From contig NC_083232.1 of NCBI RefSeq assembly GCF_032191835.1, forward strand, positions 92,752,001-92,816,000: a stretch of 64,000 nucleotides of DNA. The letters run 5' to 3'. This DNA comes from Heteronotia binoei. Lineage: Eukaryota. Position numbers and translations under genes: made by a program. A model generated the notes under the pieces. It made no database searches, was not told the origin of the DNA, and saw only the letters and a list, made by a program, of their open reading frames with translations. Position 1 is the stretch's first letter, and each line of letters starts with the position of its first letter. Positions 1 to 11,782 of the stretch are shown here, one piece after another.

Positions 1-120
1 GCTCAGGAAGGATGACCCCAGAGCAAAGTAATCTATGCAGTAGCTCACAGCTTTAATGCCAACAGCTCACAACGTAGAATTTTTGCTCACAAGACTCTGC
101 AACTTAGAGGGAAACATTGG
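1..120 (-). mobile_element. End of a non-autonomous DNA transposon (hAT-like MITE), cut by the window edge
   Basis: Terminal motif CTTAGAGGGAAACATTG. The reverse complement matches the related copy at 40725-40874 (GTGAGCTACT...GCATTAAAG...GAGGGAACACTG). Confidence 0.6.
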
Positions 121-179
121 GTGAGACTGCAGGCACATTTGGAATTCTAACATAAATCTAACATAAGCTCTCTTAGATA

Positions 180-450
180 CCAGTTAATGTTGCCTGTTTT
201 TCCAGTCTATATATATATGTTATATGTATTTTTAAACTTCTTAGAAATGAATTATGGCACTTCAACACTACTGAACCCATAAGTGTAAAAGACGGTCCCC
301 TTGAAGAAGGGTTCTCTTGAAACGAAATTGGACCGGTTCTTTAATTATTCATTGGGACTACAGTAATGATGCATGGTTCTTTGGACAGTAGCGTGTTTGT
401 GCAATAGATGGTTTTTTGTCTATATCATTGTTTAATATTTAAAGAAGACA
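180..450 (+). mobile_element. Penelope-like pLTR remnant with a degenerate hammerhead-like core
   Basis: AT-rich segment containing CGGTCC-CC-TTGAAGA...GAAAC...GGACCG (293-335), resembling the minimal hammerhead motif of Penelope pLTRs. Confidence 0.4.
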
Positions 451-883
451 CATGTTGTGGATTACACAGTATTATTTTCTACATGGAGTGAGCGTGTCAT
501 TATTCTTCAGCTCTGTTTACCTCCATGGTCTCCATTCTTTGCTGACATTTGGAATTCTGGCACAGCGTGGCGGGCACAGCCAAAGAATGATTGCGCAAGA
601 GACACAGCCAAGCACAAAATGGCTCTGCCACAGCTTCCGTCACACACTGAAGATAGCAACTGGTAGCAGCTGCTAGCAAAGTACATTTTTAAAATCTGCA
701 CAGCCTATGAAATCTCCAGTGACCAATCAGAAGCTTTTCTGGGTAACCAGGGCCAGCCCTAGACTGTCTGGCACCCTAGGAAAGGCTAAATTCTGGCACC
801 TCCCTGCACTGATAACATTCCTGAGTCACATTGGCGGGGGGGGGGGGGCAATTTGACTCCCCTGGAAAGCCAGCGCTGTAGGC

Positions 884-1021
884 CAGGAGTGGCCAACAGT
901 AGCTCTCCAGATGTTTTTTTTTTGCCTACAACTCCCACCAGCCCAGCCATTGGCCATGCTGGCTGGGGTCGATGGGAGTTGTAGGCAAAAAACATCTGGA
1001 GAGCTACCATTGGCCACCCTG
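884..1021. mobile_element. Palindromic hAT-like MITE nested in another MITE (751-1050)
   Basis: Inverted arms CAGGAGTGGCCAA..GTAGCTCTCCAGATGTTTTT / AAAAAACATCTGGAGAGCTACC..TTGGCCACCCTG. Flanks CTGTAGGC and CCCTAGGC resemble a decayed 8-bp TSD. Confidence 0.7.
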
Positions 1022-2176
1022 CCCTAGGCAATTGCTTAGTTCCCTAGTGGCAGGAAGGGCCCTGTGGGTAACAGCCCCCACTGGGCCATGCCCACTTTCT
1101 AAATGCATTTGGCAAGCACCAGGAAAGGTGTTGGGGGGGGGGTCCCACATTGAGGACCCCTGATCTAAATTAGATATGCTAATCAGTTCTACAGGTGCCA
1201 CTTCGGAAGGCAATATATCTTTTCACTGGTACAGGCAATCCACTGGCCCCAGCCAACTATTAAAGCTCAATAATATGCAGTTCCCCACTGTACTACATCC
1301 TCTGACCTTGACACGACATGGAGGTGGGGGGGGGGTTGTTACCAATCACTGCCACCACTCTGGTTTCAGGGTCCCCCTTGAGAAGGCCCAGAATACCCTC
1401 CCAAGCCCTTCAGGTCTCCTTTAACTTAGATTAATTAGATTTATATCCCGCCAAAGCAGGCTCAATAAGAGGTGTGAGGACCAGGCAGAGCGCACAAGGT
1501 TTATTTAAAAGATCAGTTCAGTGCAATATAAACAAACAAGGTGCATTAAATAGTAAAAGAGGCATTTGGTATTCTGTTTTATAGCAATAAAAACGGTGTT
1601 CTTTGGGGGGGCGGAAACAGTAAAAGAGGCGAAGGGAAAATAAAGAAATGCCCTAACGCGTTTGGACTTATTGTCCCTAGACTGTCTCAGTCAGACCTGG
1701 GGCCTACTCACCCTTCCTCTCAGGGCAAGGGGCTCTTCCCTCGGCTCTGCCTCCTAGGAAAGGAACAAAGGCTTCCACCTCCCAGGCCTTTTATTCCAGC
1801 TCTCCTCTTTCTCTGTTTGGCCCAAAATGGCACCAAAACCTTACAGGGCTTCTGGGAGTTGTAGGCCCTTTCTGCTACCACTCAGGCTTTCCTGGGCCCA
1901 CAGGCCTCTAAGGCACAGCCCAGATAATGACAGACCTAGAATATCCGAAAATTTGAAGCTTGGGAAAAAAACCACATTTTTTTCTGGTTTTTTTTTCGGG
2001 GGGGAAAAGGAAATTTTCAGAAAAATTGAAAAAAAAAATCTACGTTAGCACTTCTTTTTTTCTTTTCCAGATTGAAAGGCACTCTGTTACTTTAGAAACA
2101 TAAAATATGATTATGGACAATTTTACTTGGCATGAAATTATCACAACTAGCATGTTAAAAATATAGTCGTAATCCG

Positions 2177-2193
2177 GTGCTCGCTTCGGCAGT

Positions 2194-2224
<31 letters not shown>
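2177..2224 (+). pseudogene. RNU6: U6 snRNA retropseudogene, first 48 nt only (3'-truncated)
   Basis: GTGCTCGCTTCGGCAGTACATATACTAAAATTGGAACGATACAGAGAA equals vertebrate U6 nt 1-48 with one substitution. It is flanked by similar A-rich direct repeats, and no U6 3' half or T-terminator follows. Confidence 0.95.
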
Positions 2225-2607
2225 AAATAGTGTGTATCCAAACAATTATTACAAACAGAATTTACTTTATAAATAATATTTATTTGCAATTGTAACAAAT
2301 GGAGCAACTATCTCACTGAACTGTTTACAAGTTTATGTGGAACAGACATTTCCTCTCCACAGTATTAAATAAAAATAAAAAAAACTAATTCTCATAAAAA
2401 GAATTGAAGAGGGGGGAAATGTATAGAAGGAAGTGTAGGGACTAAGTTTCAGTGAATGGGCATAACCTAGGACTTGCTTGTCCTCAGTGCACAGAAATTA
2501 GAATAATCTTATACCATACATACTTTTTAGAAATGATTTGGAAAATATTTGAACACCTTGTCTTAAAATATTTTATTCAGCATGTTAAAATAAAACATTC
2601 CATAATC

Positions 2608-2628
2608 AATTTTTTTCTTTTTTTCTTT

Positions 2629-2673
<45 letters not shown>

Positions 2674-2700
2674 TTTCTTTCTTTCTTCTTTTTCAATTTT
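2608..2700. repeat. (TTTC)n microsatellite
   Basis: Direct reading of the tandem TTTC run; it explains the F/S/L and K/E/R ORF artefacts. Confidence 0.95.
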
Positions 2701-2994
2701 TCCAATTTTTTTGGGGGGGGAAAGGCTTCAGGAAAAAAAAATGGGAAAAAACAGTCCCCCCCCCCCCCCCCCCCCAATTTTTCTGGTTTTTTTCCGGGCC
2801 TTCACATCTCTAGACAAACCAACATGGCTTTTGTAGATGGAGTTCCCATGATTCTCAGCATAGCCATTTTTGGTGGCCCAAAGACGACACCTTTCTACCC
2901 CTTTTTCACCCGCAGAAAACCTGGCTGTCTCCAACCCAATTATTACCAGCTTACCATCTACTCAGTTCTTTCTTTCTTTCTTTTTTTAGGTATT

Positions 2995-3222
2995 TGTGTG
3001 TGTGAGCGTTTGTGTGTGTGCGTGCTTGCGTGCCTGGAAGTCATAGTTGAATTCTGGCAACTCCTAGTGGGGCTTGGACATTCAGAGAGGTGGCTTGTTA
3101 TGTCCTGCCCCCGTGTCCTGGCCCTGGTATTCCTTGGAGGTCTCCTATCCAAATACTTGCCAGGGTTGGCCCCTGCTTAGCTTCTGAGATTAGACAGAAT
3201 CGGGCTGGTCTGAACTATCTAG
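2995..3222 (-). mobile_element. 5S rRNA-derived SINE (SINE3 type)
   Basis: The minus strand reads ...CCCGATTCTGTCTAATCTCAGAAGCTAAGCAGGG..CCCTGGCAAGTATTTGGATAGGAGACC, matching the 5S internal promoter region. A non-5S body and a CA-rich tail follow. Confidence 0.8.
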
Positions 3223-4477
3223 GTTCTTACACAGAGAAAGAAAGCTTACTGATGGTTGAATGTGTAACGATGCACTTGAGTGCGTATCCAGAGGCAGATG
3301 ATGCCCACTGCATTCACTGAAATGTAGATACAGATATGCCTTCTTTTGAAAACATGGGATATCACATCACCAGGCCTCTGTTTCAGTGGGAGTTCGCAGG
3401 AGCTCCTGAACCTTTTTGAGAGTTTCACCTCCTCCTGAGAATTCCACTTCCTTGTCCATTGAATAGTAGGTGCAGCTGCATAACAATCCCTGGATGAGCT
3501 CCACCACCTATTTTTCTACAAAACCACCCCTGCACATCACCAACATCTTAGTGTGTAGTTAAATGACACACACAGTTCCCAAAAACATGGGAGTGTGGAA
3601 ATCTGAGACCAGGAAGTAGAAAAGCTGAGAACTCCACAAGATAAAGGAGCAGGCCTCATTTTGGGCAGGAGGTCACAGGACTGGAGCTCTGGAACCTCTA
3701 CATTTTACTGTACTCTTTCCTTCTTACCCCCCCCCCACCCAAAAAAAAATACTTGCTTCTGGGCTCCATTGTTCAACCTCCCTGTGAGAATTTTGCTGAG
3801 CTCTAAGATTTGACAAACTTTCTAATATTTTTTCCCCACAAAAGAAAGGAAAATAACCAAACCATATAAAGTAGACAGATGGAAAACTTCATCATGCCAC
3901 TGTGACCACACAGTAGAAAGTAATTTTTAAAGCATGGGAGTAATTCTAGAAGCATTTTACGGTAAGATGCTGAGGCGATATAATTTAGCACACCTTTGGG
4001 TGATGTCAGGGGTAGTGCGGCAAATGCAAATGAGTTGTTCTAATGAGTTCCGGCACCTTTTTTTCCTATGAAATGACCCTGTAAAAAGGAGGGGGCAGTT
4101 TGTGCACACAACTAGTTTAAAGCAACAAAATGAATAGTGATCTATATTAAAGGTTTTATCCAACTGTCATCCCCTACACCAGGGACCCCCCAAAACCTTT
4201 TTGCCCCTGAGGGCACCTTTGGAATTCTAACACAGCGTGGTGGGTGGAGGCACAAATGGCTGCTGTAGCAGGCAGAGAAAGCCGTCAACTGACTGATGTA
4301 GCTGACCTTCAGTTACACAGTAAAGAAACCTTGTACTGTAGTGGCTGCTGCTGCTAAGGTAGGATCGCCACGTCCAATTCAAGAAATAACTGGGGACTTC
4401 CCTCTTTCTGAAGCCCCATATAATATCGTGGGTTCAACGCATGGAAGAGGCAAGGTGGTATTGATAATCAGCTCTTT

Positions 4478-5559
4478 ATTAGATTTGTTGTTCAGTCGCA
4501 CAGTTGAGTCCGACTCTTTGCGACTCCGTGGACAAAGTCACGCCAGGCCTCCTGCCTTCCACCATCCTCCGAAGTCTGCTCAAATTAATGTTTGTTACAT
4601 CAGTAACACTGTCCAGCCATCTCCTCTTTTGCCGTCTCCTTCTTCTTTTGCCTTCTGTCTTTCCCAGCATCAGGATCTTCTCCAGGGAGGTGCTCTCTTC
4701 TCATTTGCTGGCCAAAATATTTCAGCTTCAGCATCTGACCTTCCAGGTAACAGTCTGGGTTGATTTCCCTTAGGACTGACTGACTTGATCTTCTTGCAGT
4801 CCAAGGGACTCTCAAGAGTCATCTCCAGCACCACATCTCAAAAGCATCTATTCTTCTGCACTCGGGTCTTCCTTATGGTCCAGCTCTCACAGCCATACAT
4901 TACTACTGGGAAATACCATCGCTTTGACTATATGGACTTTTGTTGGCAGGGGTGATGTCTCTACTTTTTATTATACTGCCCAGGTTCGCCATAGCTGTCC
5001 TCCCAAGGAGCAAACGTTCTTTTAATTTCATGGCTACAGTCACCATCTGCAGTGATCTTGGATCCCAGAAATGTGAAGTCTGTCACTACTTCCATAACTT
5101 CCCTTCTATTTACCAAGTGTGATGAGGCCAGATGCCATGATCTTAGGTTTTTTGATGTTGAGTTTCAAGCCTACTTTTGTGCTCTCCTCTTTTACCCTCA
5201 ACAAGAGGTTCTTTAGGTCCTCCTCGCTTTCTGCCATTAGAGTGGTATCATCTTAATGTCTGAGGTTGTTGATGTTTTTCCCGGCAATCTTAATTCCAAT
5301 TTGTGCTTCATCCAGGCCAGGCATTCCGCATGATGTACTCCGCATACAAATTAAATAAGCAGGGTGACAATATACATCCTTGTTGAACTCCTTTTCCTAT
5401 TCTAAACCAATAAGTTGTTCCATATCCCGTTCTGACAGTTGCTTCTTGACCCTTACACAGGCTTCTTAGGAGACATGTGAGGTGGGTCTGGTACTCCCAT
5501 CTCTTTAAGGACTTGCCACAGTTTGTTGTGATCCACACAATCAAAGGCTTTCACATAGT
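4478..5559 (-). mobile_element. RTE-BovB LINE, 5'-truncated 3' fragment
   Basis: Minus-strand peptides KAFDCVDHNKLWQVLKEMGVPD, GKGVQQGCILSPCLFNLYAEYIMR and MLGKTEGKRRRRRQKRRWLDSVTD, plus a BovB-like 3' end. Confidence 0.92.
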
Positions 5560-7110
5560 GTGTTTTTATTAGATTCAGCATAGTATAGGGCTGCACTATA
5601 AGACTGAAGACTGGGCCAAAGAGGTCAACTATATACAACTCAGAGTTCCCGTGCAAGCACGTTATTGGGTCATTCAAATATCAGCCAGGGGCCTGTGATT
5701 GGAGCAGGGCAGCAGGGATTTGGATCCTGCTGCCCATTGTTCCCGAGTTCCCGAGCTCCATTCTAATGACTCCAATGAGCCAGGCAGGAACACCCAACTA
5801 AGTCTTCACTTGAGTCCACATACACAACACCCCACCTCCATGAATTTCCCAATGCAAAGTTGGCAGCCTTGCTTTGATCAAAAGTGGTTCTGCTGCTTAG
5901 AGCAGACAATTTGTACTGAGTGATGGGTAATGCAACTTCGCAACTAACGTCCACTCCCGGGTCCTCACACCTTCTGTGGGCTTCTCTGGCCAGGGCAAGA
6001 GCAGCATTTCCAATTCATGATTTCTACCTGAATTCCCTCCTGACCGGCTGTACCTCTTTCACTTTTCCTAGGGCAAACCTGGCTTATACCTGTGGAGAAG
6101 AACCGGGAGCTCGTCTGACTTATCATCTTAAGCAAGAAAAGAAAAATTCAAAGCAGGTTGGCAGGGCACAGCATGCAAGGGGGGAGGGGGCAAAGCTTGG
6201 GGGTGGTGGGGGGGGAGGTTTTTCTTCTGAACTCCAGCCCTCTAAGAAGAGCTGCCAGCTCAAACCGAAAGGAAAGGGCTGTGATGCTCTTCCCTTTCCC
6301 CCCCTAAGCAGGGCTTTACTTTCATTTGCAAACCTCCATCTGGAGCAATTAAAGGGAGCCGGCTTCCGTTCTCCTAAATGAAGGCTCTTGTCAGATCTTC
6401 CCAGCAAGCTCCAGAGGGCTGCTGAGGGGCTGGAGAGCAGCAGGGGAGGTCGGAATGTTCCAGCTGCCCTTTGCTACTGAGGCAGGTACAAGCGGATTTC
6501 AAAGGAACGGAAAAATATAAGACTGGAAGCCATTGGGCTTCTCTGTTCCTAGGGTTAAGTTAGGAGCTCCAGTATGGGGTTTTCACCCTCTGTTAACTGC
6601 CTAGCCTACACAACCTTCGCAGTTCATTGGCGGGGTTAGGCTTTCGGATTTGGTCGATATACCTTCATATACTGGAAACGCTGGTCTGCGGAAGAGCAAG
6701 ATTCGTCCAGTAGCACCTTAGAGACCCAAAAAATCATACACCCCCCCCCCCCCCGCAATCTTTAAGATGCTACTGAACTAGAATCCAGCTATTCTATGTA
6801 TTTTGTTTTAACCTATTATGTATGCAAAAACTGTCCCCCATATATAAAGAAAAATAAATGCACAAAGCCACATCTGCATTATGACCTAGCAGCATCAGGT
6901 GAGCTCTTCCACCATGACCCAGGGGTTTGTTGGCAGTCAGACCCCTCTTGCTTACAGCTAGAAAACCATAAACACCTTTCTTAATATATCTTCTCAACTA
7001 TCATAGAGCATACACTGCCAAGTCCAAAATAATACAACATGGATCCCAGCCAGAAACAAATCCGGACTTATAGTGTGGCTAGCTAGCTAAGGACCACCTC
7101 CATGTCCTGG

Positions 7111-7405
7111 GAAGAAGAAGAGGAGGAGGAGGAGGATAGATTGGATTTATACCCTGCCCTTCACTACCTGAAGTAGTCTCAGAGTGGCTTACAATCTCAT
7201 TTCCCTTCCCCGCCATAGACAACCTGTGAGGTAGGTGGAGCTGAGAGAGCTCTGACAGAAGCTGCTCTTGAGAGGAACAGCCCTGTGAGAACTTGTGAGT
7301 GACTCAAGGTCACATCAGCAGCTGCACGTGAAGGAGTGGGGGAATCAAACCTGGTTCCCCCAGAGAAGAGTCCATGCACTTAACCACTACACCAAACTGG
7401 CTTTC
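7111..7405 (-). mobile_element. Squam3 (Squam3C-like, gecko-type) tRNA-derived SINE
   Basis: Reverse complement of AGCCAGTTTGGTGTAGTGGTTAAG...GGTTTGATTCCCCACTCC...ATAAATCCAAT with a (TCT/TCC)n tail. Confidence 0.85.
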
Positions 7406-7989
7406 TAGGACAATGGACCTCCTATTGTCTCACCTTGGACTAATCTCATCAACACCCAGCCTCACTTCCCTGCACCCATTTACTCTAATTAAGCAACACT
7501 TGACACTATTAACCAAACCTGGTAGCTTTTACCATCCAATACTTACAGGATCATCAAGCACCATTTGCACCTATAGTCCACCTCAGAAAAACCCATCAAG
7601 CTTCTCCCAAATCACTGTCCACCTCTGAAAAACTCATCAAGTTAAGTTTGGGGGGGGGGGGGGGCGAATACATCAGCTTGTCCCAGGGAGCATTTTGCCC
7701 TATATCGAGAATCAATAGTCACCAGGGGACATGGGGATGCACATGACATTATGTTTATTTGAGGGGGTTCCTCCCATTGGCCCTTGCAATGGGCAATGGG
7801 GCTTGCTGGCAGCTGGCCTCTCTCCATAGCAGGAGCCTGGTGAACGTAATAGGAACCTTTATAGGGGATTTGTAGGACTGAAGTGAGTTTTATAGCTCTC
7901 TATCACATTTCTGGGGAAAATTCAAAGTGCTGTTTTTTGAAGTTCAAATCCCTGAATTATTTTGGGTCAGGGCTAAGATATTCCTCACA

Positions 7990-8200
7990 ATCCCTGTCCT
8001 CTTTGCCTGTCTTCAGAAGTGAGGCACATGGCAGCCAATGTAGGTCTTTTTCATTCATGGCAGCTTGTTCGTGGAATGCCCTAGGCTCACCTGGGGCCTG
8101 CACTACACTATACCATGGCAGGCCAAACCATTTCTCTTTACTTAGGCTTTTAACTAAGGGGTTGATGTCTTAACGCCATTTTTGTGTGGGTTTAGCTTGA
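7990..8200 (+). mobile_element. Decayed L2-like LINE 3' fragment
   Basis: RSFSFMAACSWNALG resembles the L2 'RAFSVAAPxLWNxLP' motif; a T-rich tail follows. Confidence 0.5.
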
Positions 8201-8699
8201 AAGCTAAAATTCTATTCAAGCTGTTCGGTGGTTTGTTTTGATGCTTGGGATGGGGTTTTAATGCTGGGTTTCATGCCAAAGCCACACATGGGAGGGGGGG
8301 GACACAATACACACACAAACACTCTCTCTCTCTCACTCACACGCACTCCTCTTATGATTCTCTGTGGCAGGCTTTAATTATGGCAAATAAGTACTAATGA
8401 AGCCCAGGAAGTGGAATAAAAATCAGTGTATAAATGCCATAGAAACTGATTAAGTATTATTAATAAGGACGCCAGTATTAAAGTTTTCCTTTTTTTGCAA
8501 AGGAAGCTTTCTGCATTTTTACTGAATTTCAAATTATTTCATTTGCTCACTCTTAAAATATTCACACAGCCATTTCCCAAATCCTCTTCTCATTAGTCCG
8601 TTGTAGCTGGCAGATTATTTGAAAGGGAAACTCCCTCCTACCCACAACGCCACAGAAGTGTTCTGTTTTTAGGAGAAGAAATGGGGTTGCCAGCATCCA

Positions 8700-9290
8700 A
8701 GAGATGAAATACAGAACTCATAACTAGCACATACAAACATTTATAACAATACATTCATTGACACCAGAAGTCCATACAACCATTTATCACAACAAAGTGC
8801 TAGTGCAAAAAGTGCTTGTCCAATAAAGTGCTAAACAATCCATGATGAAAGTCCATTCTGGTATATAGCCGTTCTCGTAGATTCCCCACAGCCACCTCTG
8901 ACGGAGTCAGAAGCCGGCTTAATTCTTGCCACGCCGTTTCTTCAACTTTATCAAAAAGGGGTCTTCAGAGTTCTCTCATAAATTCACAATGTCCCTTACC
9001 ACAGAAGTCTCAATATAAACAGAGGAACAAGCACTCCAGTTTTCAAAGGAGAATCACTTTATTTATTTGGTGCACTTTTTGCACTAGCACTTTGTTGTGG
9101 TAAATGGCTGTGTGGACTTTTTGTGCCAATGAATTTATTGTTATAAATGTTTATATGTGCTAATTATGAGTTCTGTATCTCACCCTACTATGAATACTGT
9201 GGTTGGTGTGTGAAATTACTATTTATGAGCGGCAGATAAATTGTTTATATTGTATTTGTTAATTTTTCATGGTGTTCAATTTTGGCTTAT
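8700..9290. mobile_element. Penelope-like remnant with inverted pLTR copies
   Basis: 8703-8830 is the reverse complement of 9058-9182. The spacer has a degenerate CTGAAGA...GAAAC core on the minus strand. Confidence 0.55.
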
Positions 9291-9454
9291 CAGTCTATCC
9301 GTGATTCTCCCGTGTTGTGCTGGGTGAGCATCCAAGAGGTGGCTGAAAATCTTCTAGAATTACAACTGCTCTCTAGGCTACAGAGGCCAGTTTCCCTGAA
9401 GAAAATGGCTGCTTTGGAAAACGGACTCTACTGAAGTAGAGTCTCTACCTAAAG

Positions 9455-9655
9455 GCGTCTCAAAGCAGCTTACAATCACCTTCCCTTCCTCTCCCCACGA
9501 CAGGCACCTTGTGAGGTAGATGGGGCTGAGAGAGCTCTGAGTGAGCCATGGCCAGCCCAAGGTCACTCAACTGGCTTCATGTGGAGGATGGGGGAATCAA
9601 ACTCAATTCCCCAGATTAAAGTCCGCTGCTCTTAACCACTTCACCATGCTGAACT
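9455..9655 (-). mobile_element. Squam3-like SINE
   Basis: Same body as 7111-7405, diverged. Confidence 0.7.
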
Positions 9656-9724
9656 CTATCGCATTATACCATGCTCAGGTCTCCTCCTCAAACTCCACCC
9701 CCCCCGAGCTCCACCCCCACGGGA

Positions 9725-10000
9725 GAGAGCCAGTTTGGTGTAGTGGTTAAGTGCGTGGACTCTTATCTGAGAGAACTGGGTTTGATTCCCCACTCCTCCA
9801 TTTGCATCTGCTGGAATGGCCTTGGGTCAGTCATAGCTTTCGCAAGAGTTGTCCTTGAAAGGGCAGATGCTGTAAAAAGCTCTCTCAGGCCCACCTACCT
9901 CACAGGGTGTCTGTTGTTGGGGGGGGGGGGAGGTAGAGGAGATTGTGAGCCACTCTGAGATTCAGAGTATAGGGTGGGATATAAATCCATTATCTTCTTT
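9725..10000 (+). mobile_element. Squam3C-like SINE
   Basis: GAGAGCCAGTTTGGTGTAGTGGTTAAGTGCGTGGACTCTTATCTG (A box) ... GGGTTTGATTCCCC (B box) ... GGGATATAAATCC tail. Confidence 0.88.
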
Positions 10001-11558
10001 TTCTTCCTAGATTTCCCAACCAAGAGCCGGTAACCCTAAAAGAAAGCAGGAGCGGGGAATTATGGGAAGATGACTGCCGCCAAGTTGTAAAATCCAGGCT
10101 GATTCTCTCTTCTGTGACAGGTATGTCAATCCTGGGCGTGGCCAGCAGCACTTTCGGTAGCAACTGGGATTTGGAAACAGAAGATGGACAATTTGACAAA
10201 TCCAGATTGCATCTCCCCTGTCCCCTGGCAACCATTCATGGCTTTGAAATGAACTAAAGGTTAGGACCCTAAAGGTTCTTGGCCTTTGGCTCTTAGTCCT
10301 TGGCCTAGATGAACTAACTTGGTGCACACCAGCCTGGGATATTTTGTGTTCCTTGGGTTCGTGAGGGGTGGGGGTTATAATATTCAATTCAATTTGAAAT
10401 TTTGTTCTGTATTTTGTAAGCCATTTTGGGTCCCCACCAACAAGAAAAGTGAGATCAAAGTGTACTTAAATAAATAACGACTTTGTTTTTCCCTTGTATA
10501 CGTCTCTCCTTTCGCAACCAGCAACTACTGGTCACAATCCAAGTCAATATTAAGCGCTTTGAACTCTTGTACATTTCAAGAGAGTAGTCACAATCTACTT
10601 TATGGTAATCGGGAAGTGGGGGGGGGGGAACCACATTTCACTTTGGCTGGATAGTACCTATTCTCTGTAAGTCAATATTGCTGGTGTGATAAGTGTCCCT
10701 GTGTGATCGTAATGTCTACAAACACAGGTTTATTGCATTCACACTTTTCAAGTATACCTTTAAAACATTTTAGTTGTATGTTAAAAAGCATCGTGTGAAG
10801 TAGGTTCCTTTTGACAACCATGTTTTATTAGTCCAAATAACTACTTACTGTATCTTTGTATCTGTTATCAGTAAATGTGGGGCTTCACTTGAGGTAGGAA
10901 GGTCCTTCTTTTCAATTTGCTTTTTAAAGACTTGTAAAAAGCTTGAGCAGAATTTGTAGAGATGCTTCTTTAAAAGTGCTTTTTAAGCGTTCAGGGATTT
11001 CTTGGGGCTCTTAACACAACCTCTTCCGAACAACCCGTCTCATTATAGATATTTTGATCAAAAGGATCATATTTTCTCTTTTGTGGAGGAACCAAACTAA
11101 AAACACACCATTAGCTCAAAAAACTATGATGTATCTCAACACTTGCCCTTTTGCTATCGGGCTGCACATTTTTCATGCGTATTCAGAGTATTCTTTTAAA
11201 GCAAATAGAAAAATAAGTATAGAATATTATTTCTCTGATAAATCCTATATATATAAAAGCCCAGGAGTTTTGAGGACGACAAACCTTCCCTCCCTTTCGC
11301 TCAGCTGCATGTCACTCAATCTTGACAGAAGCAACCCCACCCTCCAGCCCCAGGACAGATGAGGAATGGGCCACTGGGAAAGCTGCCTTCATATTCTATT
11401 GGTCTGTCCCACCAGGTCCTCCATTTTTCCTCAATGGCTGTTGCTAGGCAACCATAGTATACCAAGCTTGGTTCTTTCAGTAAAAGCCAGGGGAACGAGG
11501 CCATTTCCAGGCCTATTTTGGCCTTTGAGGGAGAACTCATTGGGGGCCAATCCTGACT

Positions 11559-11782
11559 AGGGTTGCCAGCTCCAGGTTGGTGTGAAATTCCTGGGGATTT
11601 TGTGGTGGAGTCTACAAAAGCCAGAGTTTGGGGAGGGGAGAGGCCTCAGCTGAATATAATGCTACAGAATCCATCCTCTAAAGCAGTTATTTTCTCCAGG
11701 GGAAGAGAGACCTGTTGTCTGGAGTTCAATTGTGATACCAGGATATCTTCAGGCTTCACTTGGAGGTTGGCTACCCTAGGCC
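11559..11782. mobile_element. MITE with TAGGGTTGCCA...TGGC(T)ACCCTA ends (related partial copies near 9330, 12170, 20810, 32080)
   Basis: Terminal inverted repeats are visible directly. Confidence 0.65.

Larger units (their letters stand above)
1930..2815. mobile_element. Decayed non-autonomous DNA transposon hosting the U6 insertion
   Basis: Related inverted ends (...GGGAAAAAAACC near 1960; TTTTTTCCGGGCCTTCACATCTCTA near 2790-2812) around an AT-rich interior. Confidence 0.45.

Noticed and set aside
2452-3180. 242-aa ORF, the longest in the first 40 kb
   Set aside because: It runs through a TTTC microsatellite, a MITE end and an antisense 5S-SINE; it is a low-complexity artefact.
5763-5954. 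Minus-strand ORF with a possible GAG|GT donor (DVSCEVALPITQYKLSALSS...)
   Set aside because: No recognisable homology, no clear acceptor and no paralog to test codon pattern.
10540-11260. AT-rich block with short open frames (LQVFKKQIEKKDLPTSSEAPHLL)
   Set aside because: It could be an old transposon or an exon, but no diagnostic motif was found.
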